A stretch of 63,857 nt of DNA, filler included, from Kipferlia bialata (taxonomy: Eukaryota): the NCBI GenBank assembly GCA_003568945.1. It is 6 parts of 6 records of this genome, joined end to end, with 100 filler letters (N's around TTAATTAATTAA, not from the genome) between each part and the next. Parts side by side here need not be neighbours in the genome. Positions count along the whole stretch, not along the records: positions 11,511 to 22,912 come from BDIP01001242.1; positions 23,013 to 34,412 come from BDIP01001243.1; 4 more parts are not named here. One strand, written 5' to 3'. The position numbers were made by a program, and so were the translations under genes. Positions 11,639 to 23,812 of this stretch are shown here, one piece after another. Positions within the stretch are counted from its first letter, which is position 1. The number at the start of each line of letters is the position of its first letter. Under the pieces are notes generated by a model. That model had not been told where the DNA came from, made no database searches, and saw only the letters and a list, made by a program, of their open reading frames with translations.

Positions 11639-14027
11639 CTTCCGAGGTTCAGTCCGATGGCCTGTAGCAGGCCCCTCAGAGGGGCATTCTTGGAGTCCAG
11701 TCTGCCCATAGTATGGGCAACGGCAGCAGCTGGGGGTCAAGGGTATACTACAAAGTACTATACTACACTATACACTATACCCTCTCTCTCTCTATATATA
11801 TATACCCTATAATATACCCATACCTGACAGGGATGTGACCAGGTTCATGGGCAGTCTCTTGATCCACTCCACATTGATCTCCTGGGGGTCAGATGGGTGT
11901 GTGTATGAGATACGGTGTCAACAGAGTCCCACATATCACACTCATACTCCACACTCCCTACCCACCCCCACCTTGATAGTGAAGTACGATGAGTCAGGGA
12001 GTGCCGACAGTGGCTGCCCTATCTGTGTGCCCCTGGACTCCACCTCGGCCCATACAGTCGGCATCGTGTAGTCAGGCTCAATCATGTCGGGTCTGGCGGT
12101 GAGGTGTATTCACTAACATGATGTAGACACACACATAATTGTACACTAACATATCGACATAGATATACCCTCACCTGAACATCTGGAACTTGCCCCCCTT
12201 GTTTGTGACTGTCAGCAGAGACTTGAGGCAGTCCTTGACCAGGTACCCAATGTGGATAAGCATCTGCATGCCCTGGGGGGTTGGAGAGGGATGGTTATAC
12301 ACATAGCTACATATCTAAGACACATATGATGATTATACCCATGACATGACATATACATTGTATACATATAATCACTCGTATACCCACCTCGTTTGTCTCC
12401 TGCACACTGGTAGTGCTGCCCTTGTGGTTGAAGAAGGAGAGGTCCAGCACGGTCTTGAGGCCTGGGGGGTGAGGGAGTACCCATGAATATGTATACAGCA
12501 CAGAAGAGACAGTATGCATCCCGTACCGCTGAGTGCGAGTGTCTCTCTGACGGGTGTGTATATGGGTGCCAGGGTCAGGAAGGGCAGGGCTATCCACAGG
12601 GCCCAGGGGGCATCCGAGAACAGAGTGCGGTCAGCGCCTGGGTAAATAGGAGAGGAGAGAGAGAGAGAATACTCATATACATGCCCTACCTTCGAGCCCG
12701 TCTATCCTGCCTATGTACAGGTAGTAGAACAGGAGGGGCAGGGCCAGGGTCAGGATGATGGCATACATCATGTGGGAGAGATAGTCCAGGGGGGTGCGGC
12801 GCCTGGGGGTGAGGCACACAGGTATACATATACATGCAAATAGATGATGATGAATAGATGCAAAGGAGGAGAATCCACAAAACGTCTACACAACACCCCC
12901 ACTCACTTGATGTATGTGAATATGACTGTGATCAGGAGTAGGTTGACAGCCCATCCCGTGACGCTGAACACAATCCATGTCAGGGAGGGGTTGGCAGCCA
13001 GGATGACCATGCCCACGAAGAAGCCTGGGGGGAGGGGGGGGAGAGAGAGAGAGAGAGAGAGAGACGAGTGGAGAGAGTTATAGCAAAGAGATACATTCCT
13101 ACAGCCACCCACCTACAAACACGGCACTGAGGCTGACTGCCAGGAAGGACAGCCACCTCCCAAACATGAACAGGTTGATGATCCTGAGGGGTCAGGGGGG
13201 GGGGGAGGGGTAGATATCTCCTTGAATGGACATCACATATGAATATTTGAATGCACATCACATGTACCCACCTGAAGTTGCGAGTCCCCTTCATCCTCCT
13301 GTTGATGTTGACACTCAGTATCACTAGGGCCACGGACAGCACACAGATGCCGCCTGGGTGAGTGATGGATACATGCACAAGACACGAGAGCATATGTATA
13401 CACCCCACACACCTGACACGCTGATACCCGTGACAGCCTTGGACATGGTGACAGGCCTAACCTGGGGTGACACAGGAGGTGTTGGGAGGATAAAGATATA
13501 AGTATATGTATATAGTAACTACTGGATATAAGGATGTAGTAAGTACTGTAACCATGGCTAGATATATCAACACTGTACCTGTGCATACTCGAAGAGCACT
13601 GTGCATATGACGCCACTGACTATGAACCACAGGGCCAGGGACATCAGGAAGAACACACCGAAGATCATGGCTAGAGCCCCAACCTGCAGGGTTAGAGGGT
13701 ATATATATACATAGAGAGAGAGAAGGGGGGGGGGGGGCTGATAGACATTCATATCCGTACCATGATGATGAATCTCTTTGGAGCCCCACACAGGTAGGAA
13801 GGGGCAGACACAACCCTGGAGTAAGAGATGGGGGCAGAAGCTACACCCACCTAGGATATGCATGTACCCACCTGATATACGGATAGACGGTCTGAATACT
13901 AAAGAGTCTATATGGTATAGGATACACGTACATAAACTCATATATACTCATACCTGTTGTACACCGTCTGGAACACTGAGGGGTGCTCCAGGGGGTGGAG
14001 GCCCTTCTGCTCACAGAAGAGAGGGCC
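11639..14027 (-). CDS. multi-pass membrane protein (~6 TM) with C-terminal soluble domain; partial
   Basis: Spliced hydrophobic segments VGALAMIFGVFFLMSLALWFIVSGVICTVLF, GGICVLSVALVILSV, WLSFLAVSLSAVFVGFFVGMVILAA, LTWIVFSVTGWAVNLLLITVIFTYI, MMYAIILTLALPLLFYLYI and WALWIALPFLTLAPIY, then soluble GLKTVLDLSFFNHKG... Confidence 0.7.
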
Positions 14028-14584
14028 TGTGGGTAGGGGAGGGGGGGAGGCAGAGGATAGAACTACTCAGTCATGCTGGGGGGGGGGGGGGGGGCTTGGG
14101 ATTAAAGGGGGGACGNNNNNNNNNNNNNNNNNNNNNNNNNNNNNNNNNNNNNNNNNNNNNNNNNNNNNNNNNNNNNNNNNNNNNNNNNNNNNNNNNNNNN
14201 NNNNNNNNNNNNNNNNNNNNNNNNNNNNNNNNNNNNNNNNNNNNNNNNNNNNNNNNNNNNNNNNNNNNNNNNNNNNNNNNNNNNNNNNNNNNNNNNNNNN
14301 NNNNNNNNNNNNNNNNNNNNNNNNNNNNNNNNNNNNNNNNNNNNNNNNNNNNNNNNNNNNNNNNNNNNNNNNNNNNNNNNNNNNNNNNNNNNNNNNNNNN
14401 NNNNNNNNNNNNNNNNNNNNNNNNNNNNNNNNNNNNNNNNNNNNNNNNNNNNNNNNNNNNNNNNNNNNNNNNNNNNNNNNNNNNNNNNNNNNNNNNNNNN
14501 NNNNNNNNNNNNNNNNNNNNNNNNNNNNNNNNTTATAAAGAAGGGTTTTTCCCCCCCCCCCCCCCCCCCCCCCCAACCCCCCAG

Positions 14585-14997
14585 GGAATTGACATCCCGT
14601 CCATCACCCTGGTTGTTAACTTTGATGTCCCCTCCAGTGGGCAGGTGTCACCCCTCGAGACATACATCCACAGGTACACAGGGAGTATGTATATGTTGCA
14701 TGTGAGTAGTATACCTACAGTGTCCATTTGAGTCTCACCGTCAGAGTGGGTAGGTGTGGCCGGTTTGGCCGCAAGGGCGTGGCTATCTCCCTGGTCCATG
14801 ACGCCAACTCATACAACCAGCTCATGTCATTCAAGGTGAGTCAACACAATTGCTATTCAATGTAGATACATCAATCATTCTCTGTTAGTACCACAGTCCC
14901 CCCCCTTTGTGTCTGACCCCAGCGTGACACTGGCGTTGACATTGACTGTGTCACCCTCGACAACCTGGAGGCAGAGTACGAGAAGTGGGTCAAGTGA
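14585..14997 (+). CDS. DEAD-box RNA helicase C-terminus, DDX19/Dbp5-like; 5' part in N gap
   Basis: Three exons: GIDIPSITLVVNFDVP..ETYIHR|VGRCGRFGRKGVAISLVHD...|...EKWVK*; motifs V/VI and VVNFDxP/GRFGRKGVAIS resemble Dbp5. Confidence 0.85.
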
Positions 14998-15461
14998 GGG
15001 GGGGGCCTCTTTCGTTCAGTTAGATGCTGGTTGGGAGAGGGCTGTCCAAGGATGCATTGTGTGTTTGAATTGTAACTGTCCCCTGTTATGCATTAGGGAG
15101 ACACATTTATAGATGAAAGTCGATTGTTGCTGTGTTTGCTGCCACTACCACACATTCTACTAGTAGTCTGGCTGGCACTACTGATATGTCCACCTGTGCT
15201 AATTGCAATATATTACATACACCGAACACTGCGGGTGGGCCAACACAGAGTCTCAACCGACCACACCACTAGACCAAGTGTGGAAGTGACTCATGCACCA
15301 TCTACCACAGCTACTGGCTCTCGATCCGCACAAAGCACCTACGGAGAGCTATACGAACCACTAGGCCTTGGGATAACACCAGCCTCAGTGACATATTAGT
15401 CCTGGTAGGATCTCTCGCTCCCCCAGAAAGGACACTGGGCCATGTCTATCACCCTAACACC

Positions 15462-15849
15462 TCACTCAAAGTGGGACAGAGCAAACTCATAGATATCATC
15501 AGGCTTGGCCACGAGGACAGAGCTCACAAAGTCTGGGGGAAGAGAGAGAAGGGTCAGAATAGTATGGAAACAATGAGAGAATGGAGAGAGAGGGAGAGAT
15601 AGAGAGAGAGAGAGAGAGGCAGAGGTAGGCTATGGAGAAGACCACGATATAGGGAGACCACCCCCCCTCTCCCCCCTCCATTCCCTGTGTACCTGTGATG
15701 ATGTCCCTCAGCTCAGGGTGGATGGACAGGTACTCGGCATGCTCACGCTCCAGCTCCTCCTGCGTCCGCTCGTACTCTGCCACGTGTTCCACTGGGTACC
15801 TCTCCTCCACGTCGTCAGGGACCTCAGGGGTCTCAGCAGTCTCACTCAT
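15462..15849 (-). CDS. small RIIa/Dpy-30-type dimerisation-docking domain protein (RIIAD1/CATIP C-terminal-like, probably ciliary)
   Basis: Two exons: MSETAETPE...EELEREHAEYLSIHPELRDIIT|DFVSSVLVAKPDDIYEFALSHFE*; YLxxHPE..I.DF...L..KPDDI..FA..F is the D/D pattern. Confidence 0.75.
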
Positions 15850-16026
15850 CTGCACCTGAGTAAGAGAAAGACAGCACCAAAATCTCAGGTTTTTGTCGAT
15901 GCTTAGCAAAAGGGTTTGACACAAGATATGCAAGCCTACACTCTTCGGTGCAGCTTGTGTGGAGGTCTATTACAGTACCTTCTCTCTTCAGCCACTGTGA
16001 ACCAGGTGTAGACAACTGCTACTCAA

Positions 16027-18654
16027 ATGAGTGAGGCTAGCCATGCATTGCAGAGCCGTCCCCGGACTGTGGACGGGGGTGAGTGAGGGAGTGTGTCTGA
16101 CCCTCTTGAGGACCCAGTCATCCTGCCCCCCTCCTTAGTGGGGGAGAGTGAGGTACCGAAGGGTGGGGCTGAGGCTGCCCCTGCCTCCCCTGAGGTCCCC
16201 CAGTACACCAAGCCCCGTGCTGTTGTGATGTCGATGGTGGCTACTATGCTGGGGTCCAGTCTGCTCAGCCTGTCATACGGGTACTCACAGGTAGGGGGAC
16301 GGGGAGAGAGAGAGAGAGAGAGAGAAGTATGCGATACTATACCTTGCGGTAACTAATACCTTCTACGATGGTGGTAGGAGGTACAGGAAGTGATTATATG
16401 ATCCATCCAATCATCCAATCAATCACCAGTCTCCTCACCTTCAGGCTGGTATCATCGGTGGTCCTCTGGTTGTGATCTTTGCGGCAGTCATCTGTGCACA
16501 GACAGCCATCCTGATTGTTAGGTACCAGTGTGTGTCTCTTACCCCAAGATATGGGACGTCTGATCTGTCTCTCCTCTCCCTTCTGTTCTGACCCCAGGAC
16601 AGGCGATGCCTACACCAGCGAGACTGGCCATGACGCAGTGGACTTCCCATCTGTGGCTGCACACTTTGTCGGGAAGTGGTACGTTCTCTCTCTGTATCCC
16701 TCCCCCTCCCCCTCTCACGCCATAGGGCCATTGGGGCAGTATTATATTATCAGTATCACATCTGATACTCTCTCTCTCCCCCCCCCCCCTCTCTCACCCC
16801 AGGGCCATTGGGGCAGGCAGTCTGGCCTCTCTGATTGTCCTGACAGGGGCATATATGGCATACTTGTACGTCAATCATTCAGTATCTGGTGTATAATGAC
16901 TGTACTTCCTCTCAGTCTCTATTTGTCTGTGGTCTATGATGTCTTCCCCCCACTCTATTACCTCTCTTTCCAGCTTCCTAACCCCCTCAGTGTATACATT
17001 GCCTCCTACCTGGGCAGTATCGGGACATGCTTCGGTGTGGAGGTGAGCATGATCCCATACTATCCTACTATAGTGGTCTGTTGGTATTCTCTTGTCCCCC
17101 CCTCACCATCCAGATCCCCTCCTACGTGTGTGTTGGTGTGGCCATTCTGACCCTTGGCGTCCTGTCCCTCCTTAGGGATGTGCGTAGACTGGTCTCCATA
17201 GCCCAGATGGGCATAGTGTTCACGGCCATCCTGTCTGGGGTGGTGGTGTTGACAGGCCTCAGGCACATCCCACAGCAGACATGCAGCGTCAAGGTATGAG
17301 GGTATGTATATACATATAGAGTGTAGGATATGGATACCCTGTCCCACCCCCAGGGCTATCTGTTCCAGAGGGGCGTGGCCAAGCTGTTTGGCATCACCAT
17401 CAGCCAGTTCATGCTGCACAACCTGCTGCTAGGTATATGGCTATTGTGGTTATATGGGTGTATGTGTATATATACTACTGATACTGATACTGATCACTAT
17501 CAGCCAGTTCATGCTGCACAACCTGCTGCTAGGTGGGTTGTAGTGTTATATCCGGTGTCGGTGTATCTGTATTCTATTGTCCCCCCCCCCACTCTAGGTG
17601 TTCTGAAGGGCACCCACCCCTCTGCCCGCACTGGCATCCTGAGGGTCACTCTGCTCTGTCTGTGCCTTGTCAATATGACTGTGGGCATGGCTGGATACAT
17701 GGGGTACAGGTGGGGAGGGGGGTGATTTACAGTGTACCATAGTTCTCTCTATGCATCCGGTGGGGCTCCTGAGACCCACTGGGTATGTTGATTGATAGTG
17801 ATTCTCCTTCTGTTCACATGCGTACTCCCTTATCATCCCTGATTCAACCTCTCACCCAGGTGTGAGGGTGTTCCCCAGAACTTCAGCGAGCTCTTTCCCC
17901 ACACCCCCATAGGCAGCCTCATATACGTCATACAGCTAGGTACGGACTGACATGAGTTATATTGTGTACACTGCACCATACTATCTCCCCCCTATACCAG
18001 TGTACATTGTCTGTCAATATTTGTACCCAATATATCCTCCCCGTTCCCCTTATCAATCCACCCCCAGTGTACATTGTGTCTGTGTTCCCTCTGCTGCAGA
18101 TGGTTGTGAGGGACAACATCGGGGGCCTGTACTTCTTCTACACATCCATGCGGGCTGAGTACACACCCCTCCCGGAGTCCTTTGAGGAGGAGGAGAGAGA
18201 GGGAGAGGGAGAGGGAGAGAGGGATGGCGACGTGGGAGACATTAGAGTGGAGGGTGGTGACTGTGGTACTGATGCCGATGCCCCCTCAGATGCTGAGCAG
18301 CCCAGAGCACGTACCCAGAGGGTTGATATCCTGATATCCGTCGTCATGCTGTGTATGGCGTCATTCATATCCCTCAAGTGCCCACAGGTCGGGGATATTC
18401 TCGGGTACGGCAGTGTATCTATTTGTATATGACTCTATCCATACTTCGGGTACCGAAATTGCTACTCCACTTGACCCCCTCTCACCCCTAGCATCTGTGG
18501 TGCAGCAGGTGGCCTGATCTACGTGTTCATCCTCCCTTTGCTGTGCTACAGGGCACTGGAGAAGAGGGAGCACAGGTGGAACCCGATGAAGGCAGTTGGC
18601 ACAGGCGTGCTCATACTGATAGGGGGGCTAGGGCTCTGTCTGCAGGCACTATGA
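16027..18654 (+). CDS. amino-acid transporter, AAAP/SLC38 (Aa_trans) family
   Basis: VVMSMVATMLGSSLLSLSYGYSQ|AGIIGGPLVVIFAAVI..., LSLLRDVRRLVSIAQMG, VGMAGYMGY, VGDILG|SICGAAGGLIYVFILPLLCY; about 10 exons. Confidence 0.85.
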
Positions 18655-18871
18655 GAGGATCTACAGTGTAGAGAGAGTGTCTGTATGGAAGAGGATAGGT
18701 CCTCTGATGTGCAGAGGTTTTGTGTGTGATAGTTGTGTGTCCCAGGCTGTTCTGGCCGGAGGATGCTCTTCGTTAATAATGTGTATATATGCATAGTGTG
18801 TGGGATGTGTGAGGATCCATCAATAGACTCATCAACCCCATGTCATGAATGATACACATGCCACTCCATGT

Positions 18872-21452
18872 CTATGTGTTGACTGGCCATCTGCACCGAG
18901 CCCACACCTCTCTGTCAGGGTCACTAGTGAATGATGTCTGCTGGGTCAGGATGTATCTCACCTCAGACAGATACCGGTACAGCATCTCAATGTCCTCCTG
19001 ATAGTCAGGGACACGCAAGTAATATGAATACATCAATATCAGGTGTGAATCAATGAGAGACACTGCTTCAGCTACAGCCCTCCAGGCATAAGAAGGCAGT
19101 TCAAAACGAAATTACACCCAAAGAGTCCACTCATTCAGTGAGCTACTGCTCGCACTTGACCAAGCACTCACCTCTCGAAGTGCCAGTTCCTCATCCAAGA
19201 CACCCTTCTTTAGGAACACAATCCATTGAGACATGATCTGAGGTGAGGTGTGGAGGGCAAGCAATTACATTGACTCTATATTATTAACATGTTGGACCAC
19301 CGCACCTTCTTAATTAGCCCTGATACTTCCTCTACGTCTTCTGTCCGCTGCCAGAACCTGAGGGGTTGGTAACGTGTATACAATAGGAAGAAGTCAAATA
19401 GTAAAACAGAAGACATACTCAATTGAGTATCAGCACAATGGGTAGTCAAACTGAGTGTGAATATGACGGCTGCATTCTCCACGCTCCTAGCCCCACCTGT
19501 TGCACCCGATCCCCACCACTGTAGTGGATAGCAGTATACCAAATGAGGCCAGGTAGTCCTTGCGTCTCAGGGCGGCGGTGCCCATCTTGTATCTGGTGGT
19601 GAGTATCATAGTACAAGTACATACATACATGCAGTATCCACACTCTCCCCCTGTACCTGTCGTGCAGTATGCCTGTCAGGGAGTGGATGGCCTCAGAGGG
19701 GTCATCACCACCAGCAGCCTAGGGGTGGGAGATAATGAGTGTCTGATACATCTATACTCAGAGCCATACCATATACCTCGAACTACTCTTCAGTATCAGA
19801 ATCAGTCAATATGTATCCATCAGCTACATGTATCATATATACTACTGTCCCATACCTCGAACCACTCCTCCTCGAACTCTCTGATGGCCAGCACTGTATC
19901 CACAGGGACCAACATCCACAACAGGCTGGGGGTGAGGGGGATATAGATACCAGGGAAGAGTCATACGTCCTCAAGGAAAAATCAAAAACACTTCAACACG
20001 TCTTAAGGGATCTGTCACACAGACGCCAACAGATGATTCTTACAGAGAGAGGCTGATGGAGTGTCAACATACAACTATTACAATGCCCTCACCTCTCGAC
20101 CTCCTGCTCCGTGGGAGTCCCTCCCCCTATTGGCGGCAGAGTGCACCTAGCGGCATCTGCCGACTCTGCCCTATCAACTGCGGCATACACAGCCTGCACA
20201 GCTGGGGACACAGTGCCTAGGAGAGAGGCTGAGGCATCCTGGTACATGGGTGCAGGACTCATACATGGGGATGGGGAGAAGGAGACACAGGGGGAGGGAG
20301 ACATGGTCGGGGAGGCGCCACCCCTTGAGTTGATCCCCATCTCTACACCCTTGACCCTGCCCTTGGATATGCCCCTAGCCATGGTGCTACTACCATGAGG
20401 CATGATGGGCAAGGGTGATGCGGACCCCGTCCCCATCCAGGCACTCCTAGGCGACATGGCAGTCCCACCCCCTGCACCCTGGGCATCGGAGTCTAGAGGG
20501 GGGACAGGCAGACACACACACGTCTTGGACCGCAGAGGGGCTAGGACTATGACCTTACACACTGGGTTGTGGGACTCCAGACGCAGCCACTCCTAAAGAG
20601 TGAGGAGACATGGGAAGGAGACACATAGGAAGTATGAGAGAGAGAGTGAGAGTGAGAGAGAGAGATATACGGGGGGGGGGGGTCAGCACCCATTCACTAA
20701 ACTACAGTACATGTAGTACTCCATACCGTTCCCAGCTCTGCCAGGTGGGTGTGCCCTAATACAGACACTACCTCCTGGGGGGTGGGGTTGGAGGAGAGGA
20801 CAGGCTGCGTGGGGACAGCAACCGGGGGAGGAGGGGGGAAGGTGGGGATGGGCAGGACATCAGGCTGAGGGGCAGGAGGGACACTGGGTGCCCCCACCCC
20901 TTGCCCCTGTGCCTCATGTATATCCCTTGGCCTGGTGACACCCGGAGGGGCAGAGGGGGTGTCGCCACCAGTATGTGCACCAGAATCAGTCACAGTCTTG
21001 GAAATCATTGGTACATCAGCATCTGTCACAATCTCACTGGCTGACTGAACTGCACAATACTCCACAATACTAGTGGCTTGTGCATCCTCCTGAACCTGGT
21101 TAGTGTCAAGTGACGGAAGCACCACTCCTGTCGTCACTGGCACTGCCTCTGTCCCTGTGTCTATGGGTGTCTCTACCACGTTAGGCACAGAGGGTATGGG
21201 GGAGGCACACTCCACCAGGGCACTGTCATCGATGTCTATCACCTCCTCCCCCCCGTGTACAGGGGTGGGTCGGGCACCAGAGGGTGTGGGGGTCACGGGA
21301 CGGGACTTGGGTTGGAAGAAGCTGTTCACCTTTTCCTGCAAGGGACTGATGCTCTGCGACTCAGATCGCTCCTCCCGCTGCCCCGAAGGGCGGCGTTTCG
21401 CCTTGGGCTCCTTATGTGTGGAGTGGGCACCGTGTTTCGGGTGCTTCCTCAT
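18872..21452 (-). CDS. multi-exon hypothetical protein with low-complexity N-terminus
   Basis: Long first exon (MRKHPKHG...), second exon EWLRLESHNPVCKVIVLAP..., several short helical exons with canonical splice sites; 3' end approximate. Confidence 0.6.
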
Positions 21453-21573
21453 CCTGTGATGGGTGTATAGAGTATGTATATAGAGTGAAAGGTCCTAAAC
21501 CCTTGATTCACTTGCTCAAACATGCAGCCCATGAGAGCACAGCAGACGTCTGCTCATTCATTGATCGTTCAGA

Positions 21574-22787
21574 ATGGCCAAGGCAAAGACTGCCCAGCAC
21601 CCCGACAAGCCCAAGAGGCCTGCCTCAGCGTACGTGCCTACCCGCACCTTTCTTCACCCTCATACTCAATCCCCACTCACCGTTCTGCGCCTTTTAGTCT
21701 TTTCACATATCCTTTTTCGGCATCTTACTGTACTGTATTCTCCTAGAAGCTCTAAAGTGATCGTAATTGCCTGTGGTGTGTGTTGTGCTACCAGTATATA
21801 CTCTACTCTTACCCCCAGTTACATCCTGTACATGAAGGATGAGCGTGAGAACGTCAAGAACAACCACCCCGACCTGCCACCCAAGGAGATCATCCGTGTG
21901 GTACGTCATTTCTGCCTCTGATCTCTGTGTATAGACCAATTACCGTGCTTATAGGGTGATGGTGTAGTCTTTGGCCGTTTTGACCTGGTATATGTCTGCA
22001 TCTCCCTCACCCCCAGGTTGCCCAGCAGTACAAGGCACTCTCTGAGGCAGAGATGAAGCCATACGTCGATGCTTACGAGAGGTGGGTTCATCTGTCCCAC
22101 CTTCTTTACTCCTATCTTCCCTATTTCAATTATGATTAACTCAATCCCCCTCTCTGCCGTCTGCCCTGAAGGAGTGAGGCACACCCAGTATCGTCAGTAT
22201 CCCACTTTGTATATATGAGATGACCTCTACTGCATCTGACCCTCAGGGCCAAGGAGGACTATGACATTGCCATGGAGGAGTTCTTTGTGAAGCACCCCGA
22301 GGAGAGGGGCGCCAAGGGAGGTAGGGCCAAGTCTATGCATCCATATCGAGATGACTGTCACTTTTTCTCTAATTCCATACCCCCCCCCCCCCTAACACGA
22401 GGGTTGTCTGCAATACTTCCTCACTATCCTCCTGTCTCTATCCACTCTGACCCCCAGCCGGAGGTGCCAAGAAGGGCGCTGCCAAGAAGGGCAAGGAGGA
22501 CGGGTGAGTATGTTGTATTATGCTATTTGCTGGATACCACTACTCTACTCCACTGACCCATCCTGTCCCTGACCCCTAGGGATGACAAGCCCAAGAAGGG
22601 CAGGGCCCCCACGGCATTCATCCTCTTCAGCCAGGTACATGGATATGTATATGAGTATATACACGTATTTGTGTTGGTGATATGTGCTCTATATTGGCTG
22701 GACATACCATACCCACCGCCCCCCTCACCCCAGGCCTGCAGGAACAAGTACAAGAAGAAGCACGGAAAGTCTCTTGGCTTCAAGGAG
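21574..22787 (+). CDS. HMG-box protein with two boxes (HMGB/Nhp6-like), 3'-partial
   Basis: MAKAKTAQHPDKPKRPASA|YILYMKDERENVKNNHPDLPPKEIIRV|VAQQYKALSEAEMKPYVDAYER|AKEDYDIAMEEF...; second box KPKKGRAPTAFILFSQ|ACRNKYKKKHGKSLGFKE. Confidence 0.9.
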
Positions 22788-22859
22788 GTGCGTCAACATA
22801 TATCAAGAGTGCATTACCATTCACTTTCACTAGCTAGAGTATATATTGATCTGTTTGTT

Positions 22860-22908
<49 letters not shown>

Positions 22909-23097
22909 AGACNNNNNNNNNNNNNNNNNNNNNNNNNNNNNNNNNNNNNNNNNNNNTTAATTAATTAANNNNNNNNNNNNNNNNNNNNNNNNNNNNNNNN
23001 NNNNNNNNNNNNGGAATGGGGGAGGGGCGCGACCCCCCCCCCCCCCCCCCCCCCCCCTCCCATGTGACTTGTATCTATCCCTCTCTCTCATGCCCAG

Positions 23098-23781
23098 GTC
23101 TGTGTGGCAGTCTCCTTCTAGGCTCTGACCGAGACGGACACCTGTGTCTGAAACAGGTATTCATATATATATATATATATTCATGTGTACACTTACTAGG
23201 CTCTCTATACACAGTGATACTATATGATATCCTCTCACCTCAGGGCTATGACCGTTCTCTGTCTGTGGCCCTGTCCCCTCCACCTCTCTCTCTCTCTCTC
23301 TGTAAATGAATGTATTCTATAATGATGTCCTAACATTAGGGCTATGACCGTTCTGTCTCTGTGGCCCTGTCCCAGCCCACAGAGCTGCCATTCAAGGTGG
23401 AAGGTATGTATTGGTCTTTCTCTCTCTCTCCCTCTTTTGTAACTATTAAACAATGTCTCACAATCATATCTAGGGGCCACTTGAAGTGGCCCCTGACCTC
23501 TCTATATCTGTCGCGGTCTGTGTTTCTCACCCTAGATACTGCCCGTGACCTCTCTGTTAGCAACCCCTCTCTTTGTCTCCAATACCTCTCTCTCTCTCCC
23601 CTCATCTCACCCCAGGTGCCGGGCATGGCCTGTCTGTGATTGGTTCCGGTGTCCCCACATCACACATCAGCACAGCCAGTAATGCCAATGCCCATAGTTC
23701 CCATAGTGCCCCTGGTACACCCTCCCACCCCTCTGCCCCTGCCATGACATCGGTCCAGCTGGCTAGGTATGATATATATGC

Positions 23782-23812
<31 letters not shown>

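Noticed and set aside
16081..16086. In-frame TGA near the start of the amino-acid transporter (readthrough or selenocysteine)
   Set aside because: A 39-nt GT-AG intron (16079-16117) removes it and keeps the frame.
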